The notes: generated by a model not told the origin, from the letters alone. A stretch of DNA of 63,702 nucleotides, filler included, from Octopus bimaculoides (GCF_001194135.2; 6 parts of 5 records of this genome joined end to end with filler, not necessarily neighbours in it), one strand, 5' to 3'; positions 26,482-38,935 are shown, counted from the first letter of the whole stretch. Numbers and translations: made by a program.

Positions 26482-26483
26482 AC

Positions 26484-26874
26484 TATAATCCGTATTCGCT
26501 TAATAGAAGAAAAGAAAATGGAGAGTTGAAAGTTAATTATTTATTAATAAAATGATACTTCATACTTCCTACAGCTGTTTCAATTGTACTTATTAAATAA
26601 ATTTATGGTTTAAATTTGCATTTATAAGGCATGAATACAATATCATCAGGGAAAAAGATATACAGTAAAAGGTTACATGTTGACTTCTCAGTTCATATCT
26701 TTTTCCCTGATGATATTGTGTTCATACCTTATAAATATATATTTAAACCATAAATTTATTTAATAAGTACAATTGAAACAGCTGTAGAGAGTATGAAGTA
26801 CCATTTTATTAATAAATAATTATTAGCTTTTACTCTCCATTTTCTCTTCTTCTATTAAGCGAATACGGATTATA
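26484..26874. mobile_element. Foldback MITE: ~178-bp inverted arms with a 33-nt loop and TA ends
   Basis: The arms 26484-26661 and 26695-26874 are reverse complements with scattered mismatches and no gap. Confidence 0.85.
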
Positions 26875-27281
26875 TATACCTATTGATATAAGGAAATTTT
26901 ATTTCCCAAAAATATATTTGGTATAGAACCAGTGTTTTCTTGGATGTAACCACCCCTTTATGAGGTTAATATATCCTCTATTTAACTTATATATATATAT
27001 ATATATATNNNNNNNNNNNNNNNNNNNNNNNNNNNNNNNNNNNNNNNNNNNNTTAATTAATTAANNNNNNNNNNNNNNNNNNNNNNNNNNNNNNNNNNNN
27101 NNNNNNNNGAGATTGCATTGAGAACATTTTCATCGTGGCCACTTCAGAGATTTTCTAAGGTTAAAAATTATAAATTACATAAACTTTTTAAATAAGCAGG
27201 TTGAGACAGATTTGATCATGTCTAAAACCAAAACTCACTTTTAGTAATCTTCTTTCTTTCTTTTAAAGGCTATTTTAAATA

Positions 27282-27949
27282 TACTCTTACTCTTTTACTT
27301 GTTTCAGTCATTTGACTGCGGCCATGCTGGAGCACCGCCTTTAGTCGAGCAAATCGACCTCAGGACTAGTACTTATTCTATTGGTCTCTTTTGCCAAACT
27401 GCTAGGTTACGGGGACGTAAACACACCAGCATTGGTTGTCAAGCGATGTTGGGGGGACAAACATAAACACACACACACACACATATATATACATCATGGA
27501 AAGTGGACGTTAAACGATGATGATGATATATATTATTATGATTGACCGTTGACTGGACACTATTCAATTTTTTTCCCCGTGTTTTTCTCCTTGTCTCCGT
27601 ATTCTTTCTGTTGAAGAGCGTAGCTCGAAACGTCAAAGACTTTCCGTATTCCCGAGCGTCATACTAATATATACTTTTGTTATTTACACCACCTGTCCTC
27701 GTCTGTTGTTATTATTTGTATATTCTCACCCATGATATATATATATATATATATACACACATGTATATATATATATATATATACGATGGGCTTCTTTCAG
27801 TTTCCGTCTACCAAATTCACTCACAAGGCTTTGGTCAGCCCAAGGCTATAGTAGAAGACACTTGCCCAAGGTGCCGCGCAGTGGGACTGAACCCGGAACC
27901 ATGTGGTTGGTAAGGAAGCTACTTACCACACAGCCACTCCTGCGCCTAT
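27282..27949 (-). mobile_element. Young OR2-type SINE (tail 27282-27480, head 27784-27949) interrupted at its internal microsatellite
   Basis: Both halves are well conserved; an RTE-type tail piece and a hammerhead-bearing unit lie between them. Confidence 0.9.
27603..27639 (+). ncRNA. Minimal type I hammerhead-like motif, CUGUUGA core variant
   Basis: tcttt-CTGTTGA-a-GAGC-gta-GCTC-GAAAC-GTC-aaaga: 5-bp stem I, 4-bp stem II and GUC triplet. U replaces the conserved A6. Confidence 0.55.
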
Positions 27950-28237
27950 GATAAATAAATTTAATATGATAAATCTAATATGATAAATGATTTTAAGAAA
28001 ATCCTTTTTCAAATACTGTGACTTTCTTTTTCATTGTTATTTGTTTCAATCATAAGACTACAGCTGTGGTGAGGCAACACGAAAGATTTTATTTGAACAG
28101 ATTGACTTTTGGTCTCTTCTGCCGAATCAATAGATTACAGGAATGTAAACAAACCACCACCAGTTATCAGGCAGAGTGAGTGTGTATGATTGTGTGTGTG
28201 TGTGCCTCTGAAACACACACACACACACACACACACA

Positions 28238-29054
28238 CAGTGTGTTGAATAAACTGTCGTCTAAATTACACAAATATGAAAATAACACCAACATCTCATT
28301 TTAATAGATATATTTACCAAAACTGCATAGAAATATCTTGAAATAATAAAGAGTAAATGTTTTCACTAAAATTGCCATTGGCTTCAATCATGGCTTCCAG
28401 ACGACTTCTGAATCTCCTGCAGCTCTTCTGGACAGTCTCCTCGTTTAAGTTGGTGAATTCTGCTATAATCCTTGCATTCAGTTCATCTTTGGTGTTACAA
28501 GGCGTTTTCTTGGTCTCTTGCTCAACTGCACCCCACACATAATAATCAAGGGGGTTGCAGTCTGGGGAGTTAGGTGGCCAGATGTGGTTGCAGAAATTGT
28601 CTGACAGTCATGACTGGGTTCTCCTGCTTGTGTGGCATGGTACAGAGTCCTGTTGCCAAACATAGAGTCTTCCAGCAGCCACCCTCTTGACCTAGGGAAA
28701 TACTACCTCCTCCAGGCACTTGATGTAGGCCTCCGTGTTGAGTCTGAGGACGTGTGAGAAGATGTTGACTGGGTGTTTGATTTTTATCACTTTTGGTACA
28801 TGTCCTCAGATTGCACTGTCTTCAGATTGCACTGTCTTCAGATTGACACCCAAACACTCTGAAATGTTCATATTGGAGCTTCTGGTGTGAATGCCAAGCA
28901 GTACAACATGTCGTTTCCAAATTTCTGGCAGAGTGAATTGTGTGATGGTGCTCAACTGACCCTACTATATTGTGTAGTCGACAAAATCAAAAACAATGTG
29001 CATGTGTGAAATTAAAAAATTATAAAATAGCAACAATTTACCTATCACACCCTG
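28238..29054 (-). mobile_element. Internally deleted maT (DD37D) Tc1/mariner element
   Basis: TIRs cagtgtgttgaataaactgt / acaatttacctatcacaccctg+TA; encodes a decayed ..MWGAVEQETKKTPCNTKDEL.. C-terminus. Confidence 0.85.
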
Positions 29055-29062
29055 TATATATG

Positions 29063-29221
29063 ATAGGCTTCCACACAGTTTGTATCTGCCATATTCACTC
29101 ACAATGTATTGGTCAGCCAAGGGTTATAATAGAAGACACTTACCACAGATGTTGTGCACTGGGACTGAACCCAAAACCATGTGGCTGCAAAACTAGTTTC
29201 TTAACCACCAGCCATGCCTAT
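29063..29221 (-). mobile_element. OR2-type SINE head
   Basis: gaagacacttaccac..gggactgaaccc..cagccatgcctat. Confidence 0.75.
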
Positions 29222-30044
29222 TGTATGCATGCATGTATGCACACATACATATACACACACACATATATATACATATGAATACATGTATATTTGATATACA
29301 TTAATAACTATGTATGCAGTGACATTTCTAGGTGAGCATATGCAGATTGAACCTAAAGCCATTTGGTTGGAAAGCAAACTTCTTACCATGCAGCCATGCA
29401 TATTCAATATGTTTAGAATATACTAAGGGTTTCTCTTTGACAGCCAGTTTTACATTCTTCCTTTTATGGCCTGGAGAACCATAACAAACAGGAAAGAGAA
29501 CTGAACTTAGTTTGACACCTACTTGCAAACAAAAGTCCATGCTGGATTGCCCCCTTTAATTAGAGTTAAACAGCAGGTATGCTTTTAGTTTTAAAGTCTA
29601 TTAATATACACCTGTACCAGCTTAACCAACTGTTGACATACTGGTTGATCATCTTATTTTTTTTATAGTATTCACTACTTTCAATGCTTCAATTCACTTT
29701 GTAGGACTGACTGGTCTTGTCTATTACAGCTGAGCACACTACCAAACAGAGCTGTTGAGTGTTTACTAAGGGATCAAGCCAGTCAGGGTCATGCTTGTTG
29801 CCTCATAAACAGTGCTACCATAAGGTAGGGCACACAGGGCAGTTGCTTGGGGGCCCAATTCTGATCTATGTATATTGTGGCTTGCTTTTGATAAATATAT
29901 ACTAAAGGGCCCAGTGCACTGATTTGCTCAAGGGCTTACATTGTTGTTGAGATGACCTTGCTCATAGATCTTCAGCAATAAAACATACCAGACTCCTACA
30001 TTTGCTTCTCTACATTAACGTAAAATATACATTATGATAACTTC

Positions 30045-30420
30045 CTTCTCATCATCATCAACATTTAACATTTGGTTTCCAAGCTGGCATGAATTAGACA
30101 GTGTGACAGGAACTGGTAAGACCAGGGGTTGCACCCGGTTCCATAATCTGTTTTAGCCTGGTTTCTACAGCTAGATGCCATTTGTAACAACAATCACTTT
30201 TCAGATAAAAATAATATTTTTGTCTCTGATATTTAACAATGTTGACAGCTATAGAGGTATCACCATCATCCTCATGTAGCATCCATCTTCCATGTTGTCA
30301 TGGTTTGGATGGACTCACAGGATCCAATGAATTGTAGAACTGCATGAAGCTTTAATGTCTGCTTTGGCATGGTTTCAATGGCTGAATACACTTTCTAATA
30401 CCTATCACTTCTGGGTGCCT
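30045..30420 (-). mobile_element. RTE-type LINE 3' UTR fragments
   Basis: catcatcatc..tttaac..ttccaagctggcatg resembles the 3' end of the RTE at 46647. Confidence 0.55.
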
Positions 30421-30659
30421 TTTATTTGGCATTGGTACTAGTGAGGTTACTAAGTAATTAGAAAAATAAAGTGTCCTCCTTGACTGAGCAGGGATAGTTG
30501 GTTCTCAATTAGGTTTTTAATCCTGGATTTTTCAAGGATTTGAAAATTTAATAAAAAAAAAAAAACACAAGAAAAAAATTCAGTGAAAATCTTCAGTAGA
30601 TGACCATTTTAATGAATTTTTTGTTTTGTTTTTCATTATTAATGATTTAGATCATATAG

Positions 30660-31020
30660 ATACAGGCATGGCTATGTGGTTAAGAAGTTTACCTCACAAC
30701 CATATGGTTTCAAGTTCAGTCCTACAGTGTGACACCTTGGGCAGGTGCCTTCTACAATCAAACTGGAGCCAACCAATGCCTTGTGAATGAATTTAATAAA
30801 TAGAAACTGTGCAGAAGCCTGTTGTATTGCATTTGTCCCCACACTGCTTGAAAATAGATGTTGATTTGTTTACATCCCTGTGACTTAATTTGGTAAAAGA
30901 AACTGATAGAATAAGTACAAGACTTAAAAAAAAAAAAAAGACTGAAACTGATTTGTTCAATTAAACATTTCAAGGCAGTGCTCCAGTATGACCATAGTCC
31001 CATGACTGAAACAAATAAAA
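30660..31020 (+). mobile_element. Diverged OR2-type SINE
   Basis: ggcatggctatgtggttaag head, caccttgggca core and atgactgaaacaaataaaag tail. Confidence 0.75.
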
Positions 31021-31150
31021 GAAAGAAAGAATACATATAATCAATGTTATAGTAAATTGTGTTGCCACAGTATAGAAACAGGTCACGTTTTGTCATTTAA
31101 TAAGCAATTAAAACTATTCTTCATTTAATTACTTTAATCGTTGTTTATAG

Positions 31151-31318
31151 TGTGGAGGTGTGTGGCCTAGTTGTTAGGGTGTTGGACTCGTTTTAGTTCC
31201 TGAACCAAGTAACACGTGTTCATGAGCAAAACACTTCGTTTCATGTTGCTCCACAATCCACTCAGCTGGCAACAATGAGTAATCCTGCGATGGACTGGTG
31301 TCCCATCCAGTGGGGAAA
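31151..31318 (+). mobile_element. Family-D (V-domain-like) SINE, internally deleted
   Basis: cctgcgatggactggtgtcccatccag core. Confidence 0.7.
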
Positions 31319-32702
31319 TAAGAAATTAAAACTATTATTCATTTAATTATTTTAATCGTTTATAGTGTGGAGGTGTGTGGCCTAATTGTTAGGGTGATGA
31401 ACTCATGCACCAAACTTACTGGCCTTGTGTCAAAATTTGAAACCAATATTAGGAACATTGGGTGCAGTGAGCTGGTGGAGTCATTAGCATACCAGATAAA
31501 ATGCTTCACAGCATTTCTTCTGATTTTAGGATCTGAGTTCAAATGCTGCTGAGGTCAACTTTGCCTTTCAACCTTTTGGATTTGATGAAATAAGTACCAG
31601 TTGAATATTGGGGTTGATGTCATCGTTTAAGCCCCATCCTTGAAATTGTTGGCCTTGTACTAAAAATTTGAAACCTATATTAGGAATTTCGAGAGCAATT
31701 ACCTCTTAATTTTAGGGACACCGATTTATAATATCTTCACATCTAATATGCTGATTTCAAATTTTAGCACAAGGCCAGCAATTTCAGGTGAGGGGTAAGT
31801 TGATTAAATCAACTCCAGTACTCAACTGATACTTATTTTATTGAGCCCAAAGGAATGAAAGACAAAGTCAACCCTGACAGCATTTGAACCCAGAGTGTAG
31901 ACAGATGAAATACCATGAAGAATTTTGTCTGGTGCACTAATGATTCTGTAACATTAATTACACATTTGTGCAAAAACTGAGAGGAGGCTAATTAGGTGGT
32001 GAGTAGTTATAGTAGTACTGCTCAAAGTCACATGGCAAGGTAGTGTTACTAAGTTGCTTCAGATCACAAATCACTTCTATGTACTTGAAAGGGATGAGTA
32101 TCCTATGTACATAAGCATTTATTTATATGTAACCTTACACTATCTCCACAAACTCATGAAATCAGCTTTCAATAAAGACTAGTCACCACAAACAACTCAA
32201 AGGCACAGATCACTGCCCACACACACACACATATATTAAAGAAACACCTGTCACTACATCCACCTGGTCAAGAAGACTGTTTAGCAGCCTGGTTCAATTA
32301 CACGGTGTGATATCTTAGGCAAGAGCTTTTATATTGACTCAACTTGACTTGAGGTTTGTGAATGAATTTGGAAGATAGAAAGTGTACTTGTAATTCAAAA
32401 TGCTCAGCCTTGTCATAGTGTTGCATTGACTGAAGATTCATGACATGTAGACTCTCCAAAACTGGTGAGATTAATGCCATTATTTTTCCATTTAAACTAC
32501 TGCAGATCCACACCAGCAAAAAGGCTATCAGCACGGAGGAGATCATTGAACCCCAAGGGCATGTTGTCTCTTCTTTCTCTTTTCTTACTTTCACTAAGTC
32601 TTTCCTCAGAGCTGGCTGGTCTCATACCTCCACCACTCTTCACTCTGTGCTAACAATTCTGCCAGCTCGCCACCTTAGAAATAATAATAATAATAATAAA
32701 AT

Positions 32703-33180
32703 TAGGTGCTGGCATGGTTGTGTGCTCAAGAAATTTGTTTTGCGACCACCCAATTTTGGATTTAGTTGTACTGTGTGGCACCTTAGGCAAGGGTCTTCTA
32801 CTATAACCCAGGGCCAACCAAAGCATTGTGAGTAGATTTGGTGGACAGAAACTGGAAGATTCTTGTCATGCATGCATGCATGCATGCATGCATGCATGCA
32901 TGCATGCATGCATGTATGTATGTATGTATGTATGTATGTATGTATGTATGTATGTATGTATGTTTGTGTATGTATCCCCAACACTGTTTGTCAACTGGTA
33001 TTGGTTTGCTTAAATGCACACAACTTAGTAGCCCAGCAAAAGAGACCAATAGAATAAATACCAAACTTAAAAATAAGTACTGGTGGTGGTAGTGGTGGGT
33101 GGGCGATTTGTTTGACTAAACACTTCATGGCAGTGCCCCATGATAGCCGCAATCCAGTGCATGAAATAATAAAAAAGCAA
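32703..33180 (+). mobile_element. OR2-type SINE with an internal (TGCA)n(TGTA)n array at 32867-32962
   Basis: Head, CORE-like ggcaccttaggcaag and tail are all recognisable. Confidence 0.8.
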
Positions 33181-34366
33181 AAACAAAAGCCCTTTTGGCT
33201 TTATTGATTGAAGAATTTCAGACAAGCAATAAATAAATAATTCTACTATAGGCATAAGGCTGCAAATTTTGGGGGGCAGAGTGATTAGTTGATTTCATTG
33301 AGCTCCAGTACTAGAATGGTACTTATTTTATTGACTTCAAAAGGATGAAAGGTGAAAATTTAAAAAAAAAAAAAAAATAGCACTCAGAGAGTGCAAGCCT
33401 CCACAAAGGCAACACCAACATCCTTTCAATGATTAGCCAGAGATGATTTTTTAAATGAGAATATCTGAAATAAACTCAACTGCTCTCACAAACGAGAATA
33501 CTAAAAGTGAACTCGACCGCTTTCAAAAATTAAGTAAAAAAACAGGGAAAATAACCCAGAATCCTTGTCTGGCACCAAATTGATCCCAAACTCTAATCAG
33601 TTTGTGCNNNNNNNNNNNNNNNNNNNNNNNNNNNNNNNNNNNNNNNNNNNNNNNNNNNNNNNNNNNNNNNNNNNNNNNNNNNNNNNNNNNNNNNNNNNNN
33701 NNNNNNNNNNNNNNNNNNNNNNNNNNNNNNNNNNNNNNNNNNNNNNNNNNNNNNNNNNNNNNNNNNNNNNNNNNNNNNNNNNNNNNNNNNNNAAAAAAAA
33801 AAAAAAATCAACCGTGGCAGCATTTGAACTCAGAACATATCGCTTAAAGAAATGTCACTTAGCATTTTGTCTGGTGCAGTAATGATTCTGCTAGCTTTCT
33901 GCCTTAAATAAACAAATAAATAATATATAAAAAAATAAATAAATAAAAAGTAAACACATAAATAAAATGTACAAATAAATAAATTTGAAGTGAAACTTCA
34001 AGCCTGTGTTGGGAGTGCACAGTGCCTGAACATTACACAAACATAGACTGACAGGAAGCAGTCACAGATGTTTAATGCTATCACATTCCTCAATATTTCC
34101 CACCTCATCCTAAACTCAAAGGAAGGAAGATGTGTCTGAGGCAGATAAGTAAAATATTCATTAATTTATATCATCAAATAGTGTCACAGTTCTAAATAGT
34201 ATGACATTAGCAGTGATTCAATGGTGAGGAGAAATAGGCAAGAAAACATTTCCACAAACATCTATGTTGGCTCAGCAGAAAAAATGTAGAACATGTTTAC
34301 AAGAAAGTTTACATTAATAATTCCTGAGTAGCACTTTGTGTTGCAAAGTGATTTGATCTCAGATTG

Positions 34367-34727
34367 TCTCTTTTACTCTCTCACTTGTTTCAGTTATTAG
34401 ACTGTGGTCATGCTGGAGCACTATCCTGTCAGGTCAGTTGCACAAATCAGCTCCAGTACTTATTTTTAAATCTGCTACTCGTTTTCTCAGTGTCCTTTGT
34501 GCTAAATTAGAGGGATTAACACCAGCTGTCAAGTGGTGGTATTGTTACAAACACACATATATACACATACAACAGACTTCTTTCGGTTTGAAACTACTAA
34601 ATTTACTCACAAGATTTTGGTTGACCTGGTACTATTGTAGAAGACACTTGCTCAAGGTGTCATGCAATGGGATTGAACACAAAACCACATGGTTGGGAAG
34701 CAAACTTCTTCACTGCACAGCCATACC
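34367..34727 (-). mobile_element. Diverged full-length OR2-type SINE
   Basis: Tail and head motifs in the expected order. Confidence 0.8.
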
Positions 34728-35090
34728 TTTCATCATGATAGAATCAGGAGTTACTTAAATTGTGTGCACCTTGATATGGTCATGAATCTGACATTGGAAG
34801 ACATGAATTTTGCCTCTTTTTTCTAGAATTCACAAAACAGTTACTATGAAAATGTGTCCAACCATGGTGATATCAATGTTTGAAGGACTAGTGAAAATAT
34901 TACCTTGCTTGGAAACCAGTGAAGGTTAGTGACAGAAAGAACATCCAGCCATAAAAAAGTTTCATCTGACCCATGCAAGCATGGAAAAATAGACATTAAA
35001 ACAATGACAACGTTGATGCAACATTGTTGGATGTTAAATGACTGTCCTGAATTATATCATTACTTGTTACCATGGAAAATAAGCAAGTCA

Positions 35091-35159
<69 letters not shown>

Positions 35160-35165
35160 TACATA

Positions 35166-35890
35166 CAGGGTGTGGTGAATAAACTGTCATCTAAATTATG
35201 CAAAAATGAAAATAAAACTGACAACTCATTTTAACAGATATATTTACCAAAATTACATAAAAATATCTTGAAATACTAAAGAGTAAATTTATTCATTAAA
35301 ATCGCCATGGGCTTTGGAATCTCCTGCAACTCTTCTGGACGGTCAGCTTGTTTAAGTTGGTGAATGCTGCCATAATCCTTACCTTAAGTTCATCTTTGAT
35401 GCTACAAGGAGTTTTGTTGGTTCCTTGCTCAACTGTGCCCCACATATAATAATCAAGGGGGTTGCAGTCTGGGGGAGTTAGGTAGCCAGATGTTAGGGAT
35501 GATGTGGTTGCAGAAATTGTCTGACAGTTATGACTGGGTTCTCCTGCTTGTGTAGCATGGTGCAGAGTCCTTTTGCCAGACAGGGTCTTCCAGCAGCCAC
35601 CCTCTTGACCCAGAGTAGCACTACCTCTTCCAGGCACTTGACATAGGTTTCTGTGTTGAGTCTGAGGCCATGTGGGAAGATGAATGAAGGCATAACATCA
35701 CCATCACTAGCGATCACTCCAAACACCATGATGTTGACCGATTGTTTGATTTTTTATCATGCTCAGTACATGCCCTCAAATTGATGCCCAAACGCTGACA
35801 TGTTAGTATTGGAACTTCTGGTGTGAATGCCAAGCAGTACAGCATGCCGTTTTGAAATTTCTGGCAAAGTGAATTGCATGATGGTGCTGT
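35166..35890 (-). mobile_element. Second maT (DD37D) copy, one TIR visible, inserted next to a (TA)n tract
   Basis: TA-cagggtgtggtgaataaactgtc. Reconstructed across a frameshift: MVFGVIASDGDVMPSFIFPHGLRLNTE..WQKD-SAPCYTSRRTQS*LSDNFCNHIIPNIWLPNSPDCNPL-D, i.e. 37 residues between the last two Asp. Confidence 0.85.
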
Positions 35891-36128
35891 TTTGCTCACA
35901 GACAGTGCCCAAATAGTGAGGGGATTATCAATTTGGGCAAAATACTTCGTAAGCTCTCTGTTGGCACATCATGCTAATAATATTATTTAGATTAGTGAAG
36001 AACTCCAGGTATTCTCATGGCAGGGTGCAAGGTTATGGTTCATCACAATTCTATATTGTAAATCTGTGGATGGGCTCCAGACAAACTGGTTTTTACTCAG
36101 TGTTATATTTAAAAAAACAAGTTAAAAA

Positions 36129-36329
36129 TAATGGTCATTACATATTTTCCTTTATTGGAGCGAATTTGGCTTACAGTTGTTTCCACTAGTCATTACAGGT
36201 ACATTATTTTTTAGGTCATTCAATTTTTTTCCCTCGAGTAAACCTATCAGTAATGTACCTATAATGACTACCGGAAACAGTTGTAAGCCAATTTTGCTTC
36301 AATAAAGAAAAAATATGTAATGACCATTA
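36129..36329. mobile_element. Palindromic MITE (77-bp arms, 46-nt loop)
   Basis: taatggtcattacatatttt...aaaatatgtaatgaccatta. Confidence 0.8.
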
Positions 36330-36719
36330 NNNNNNNNNNNNNNNNNNNNNNNNNNNNNNNNNNNNNNNNNNNNNNNNNNNNNNNNNNNNNNNNNNNNNNN
36401 NNNNNNNNNNNNNNNNNNNNNNNNNNNNNNNNNNNNNNNNNNNNNNNNNNNNNNNNNNNNNNNNNNNNNNNNNNNNNNNNNNNNNNNNNNNNNNNNNNNN
36501 NNNNNNNNNNNNNNNNNNNNNNNNNNNNNNNNNNNNNNNNNNNNNNNNNNNNNNNNNNNNNNNNNNNNNNNNNNNNNNNNNNNNNNNNNNNNNNNNNNNN
36601 NNNNNNNNNNNNNNNNNNNNNNNNNNNNNNNNNNNNNNNNNNNNNNNNNNNNNNNNNNNNNNNNNNNNNNNNNNNNNNNNNNNNNNNNNNNNNNNNNNNN
36701 NNNNNNNNNNTATGTATAC

Positions 36720-36895
36720 ATACACAGAAACACACAATGGGTTTCCACACAGTTTCTGTCTTCCAAAGTCACTAATGAAGCATTGGTCAGTGTCATGGCT
36801 ATGCTAGAAGATGCTTGCCCAAGGTATTGCAGAGTGGGACTGAACCCAAAACTACGTGGTTGGGAAACAAACTTAACACACAACCATGCCTATAC
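36720..36895 (-). mobile_element. OR2-type SINE head
   Basis: gcttgcccaagg..gggactgaaccc..caaccatgcctat. Confidence 0.7.
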
Positions 36896-37244
36896 TTCCT
36901 TTCTTTTTTTAGTGTACAAACAATGCAAACTCACTCTGTATCTACTATAATGGTCTGTTTTTTCAAACTGACTAATCCCAAACTTCTAGCACTCAAATCC
37001 ACCTATCTTTCCCAAACCCCAAATCCCCCCCCCCCTTTCAACATCTCACCACCCTCGTATCTAATCCCCTATTCCCACATTAATCACCATATACAATCTT
37101 TTAAAACCCCAGAACATCGTCCAGCTCATGTTTCTTGTGAAGGAACATTAACCACATCAATCACACACTGGTCTTGGAGGGCTTGCAAAGTTCATGAGCT
37201 CTATCCCAGCCTCCAGATTCAGTAAATAAAAATGAATTCAATAA

Positions 37245-37810
37245 AAATTGTGTGGTAAAGAAGTTCGTTTTGGTTTCAGATTCAGACCCACTGTGCGATA
37301 CGATGGAATACCACGGGCAAGTGTCTTCCATTATAGTTTCGGGCCGACCAGTGCTGAGTAAGTGAATTTGGTAGGCGGAAGTTGTGTGGATGCAAATTGT
37401 GTGTGTGTCCCACCACAACTGCTTGACAACCAGTGTTGGTTTGCTTACATCCACGTAAATTAGCGTTTCAACAAAAGAAACTGATAGAATAAGTAATAAA
37501 TGCGCCCTTTTAAAGCCTAGACAAGCTCATGGGCTCGGTTTCCCGGTTTCAATGGCGTATGTGTTCCCCAGCTGGACGGGACGCCAGTCCATCGCAGCGT
37601 TACTCATTTTTGCCAGCTGAGTGGACTGGAAAAACGTGAAATGAAGTGTTTTGCTCAAGAACACAACGCGTCGCCCGGTCCAGGAATCGAAACCACAATC
37701 TTACGATCATAGTGCTGACACCCTAACCACTAGGCCACACGCTTCCACGATAGAATAAGTACCAGATTTAAAAAATAAGTACCAAGATTGATTTGTTTGA
37801 CGAAAGTCGT
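37245..37810 (+). mobile_element. Old OR2-type SINE hosting a younger SINE
   Basis: gggcaagtgtcttcc core and gcttgacaacc..gatagaataagta tail. Confidence 0.7.
37496..37748 (-). mobile_element. Young family-D tRNA SINE with 13-bp TSD gatagaataagta (37483-37495 / 37749-37761)
   Basis: A-box tggcctagtgg, B-box ggtttcgattcc and core gcgatggactggcgtcccgtccag; perfect TSD. Confidence 0.9.
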
Positions 37811-38588
37811 CAATGATTGAAACTAAACAAATTGAAGTTATTTCCCTTCGCGTATTGGGGATTTAAAATACCCCTAGAGGAAGTTTACATTTACTAATTA
37901 CTCAGATAATCTCAATGTATCAAAATATTTCAACTCGCTACATTTACAGATGTAAGACTCTACTGAACATTTGATATGCGGAAGGCTCCCCTGAGATATC
38001 CCATCTCACTCACACCTACACAGTCATACTGATAACACGAATTCGCTGCAACATTTCAGTAAAGGCAAAAGGCAAGGCAAGTCGGCTGTAGGCAGATAGT
38101 AACGAAGAACCAGGTGAACGCTTGATTACTCTGTCTGTATCATCCCCACCCATTCTCTATGATAATAACACATCTAGTCTGGCTGTCTAGACGAAGTGCT
38201 CCGCAACCCTTTTTCACTTGCGGTACACTTCTATTCGTTTCAAAATTCTGCGGCACACCTGAACTAAAAAATATAACTAAAAGTATAGGGGAAAAAATTA
38301 TATTCAGGTTACATTGCAGCACACCTAGCACCGTCTCGTGGCACGGTGTGCCATGGTATATCAGTTGCGGAGTACTGGTCTAGACCAAGGGTTTTCAAAC
38401 TTTTTGACTTGCGGACCCCTTTATATTTCAGACTTTACCTTAGGGACCCCCTTATAAACGCTTATGAAATTTATGCATAGATATTTGCTTAAAATAACAT
38501 TTTTACTACAGTTCTATATTTAAGAGATGAGGAATTATTTACATTATTTACATTTGACGGATATTTCTCCTCATCTTGTTTGTTGTTA

Positions 38589-38632
38589 ACACAACGTTTC
38601 GGCTGATATACCCTCCAGCCTTCGTCAGGTGT
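38589..38632 (-). ncRNA. Minimal type I hammerhead ribozyme motif (left arm)
   Basis: Exact reverse complement of 38936-38979. Confidence 0.65.
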
Positions 38633-38935
38633 CTTGGGGAAATTTCGAACCTGGGTTCTCATTCCTAACGATGTTACTATTATTATTATATTATTATTAT
38701 TACTATTATNNNNNNNNNNNNNNNNNNNNNNNNNNNNNNNNNNNNNNNNNNNNNNNNNNNNNNNNNNNNNNNNNNNNNNNNNNNNNNNNNNNNNNNNNNN
38801 NNNNNNNNNNNNNNNNNNNNNNNNNNNNNNNNNNNNNNNNNNNNNNNNNNNNNNNNNAATAATAGTAATAATAATAATATAATAATAATAGTAACATCGT
38901 TAGGAATGAGAACCCAGGTTCGAAATTTCCCCAAG

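Noticed and set aside
29400-29480. Strong-looking minus-strand splice acceptor followed by HKRKNVKLAVKEKPL
   Set aside because: There is no convincing donor and no recognisable protein, and it runs into a SINE head.
32499-32650. Coding-like minus-strand frame MRPASSEERLSESKK...DLLRADSLFAGVDLQ
   Set aside because: There is no usable acceptor because the upstream sequence is a SINE head. The overlapping frame TTCPW..VLIA..LES resembles the decayed RTE CPWELLYADDLVLIA region, so a LINE fossil is more likely (unverified).
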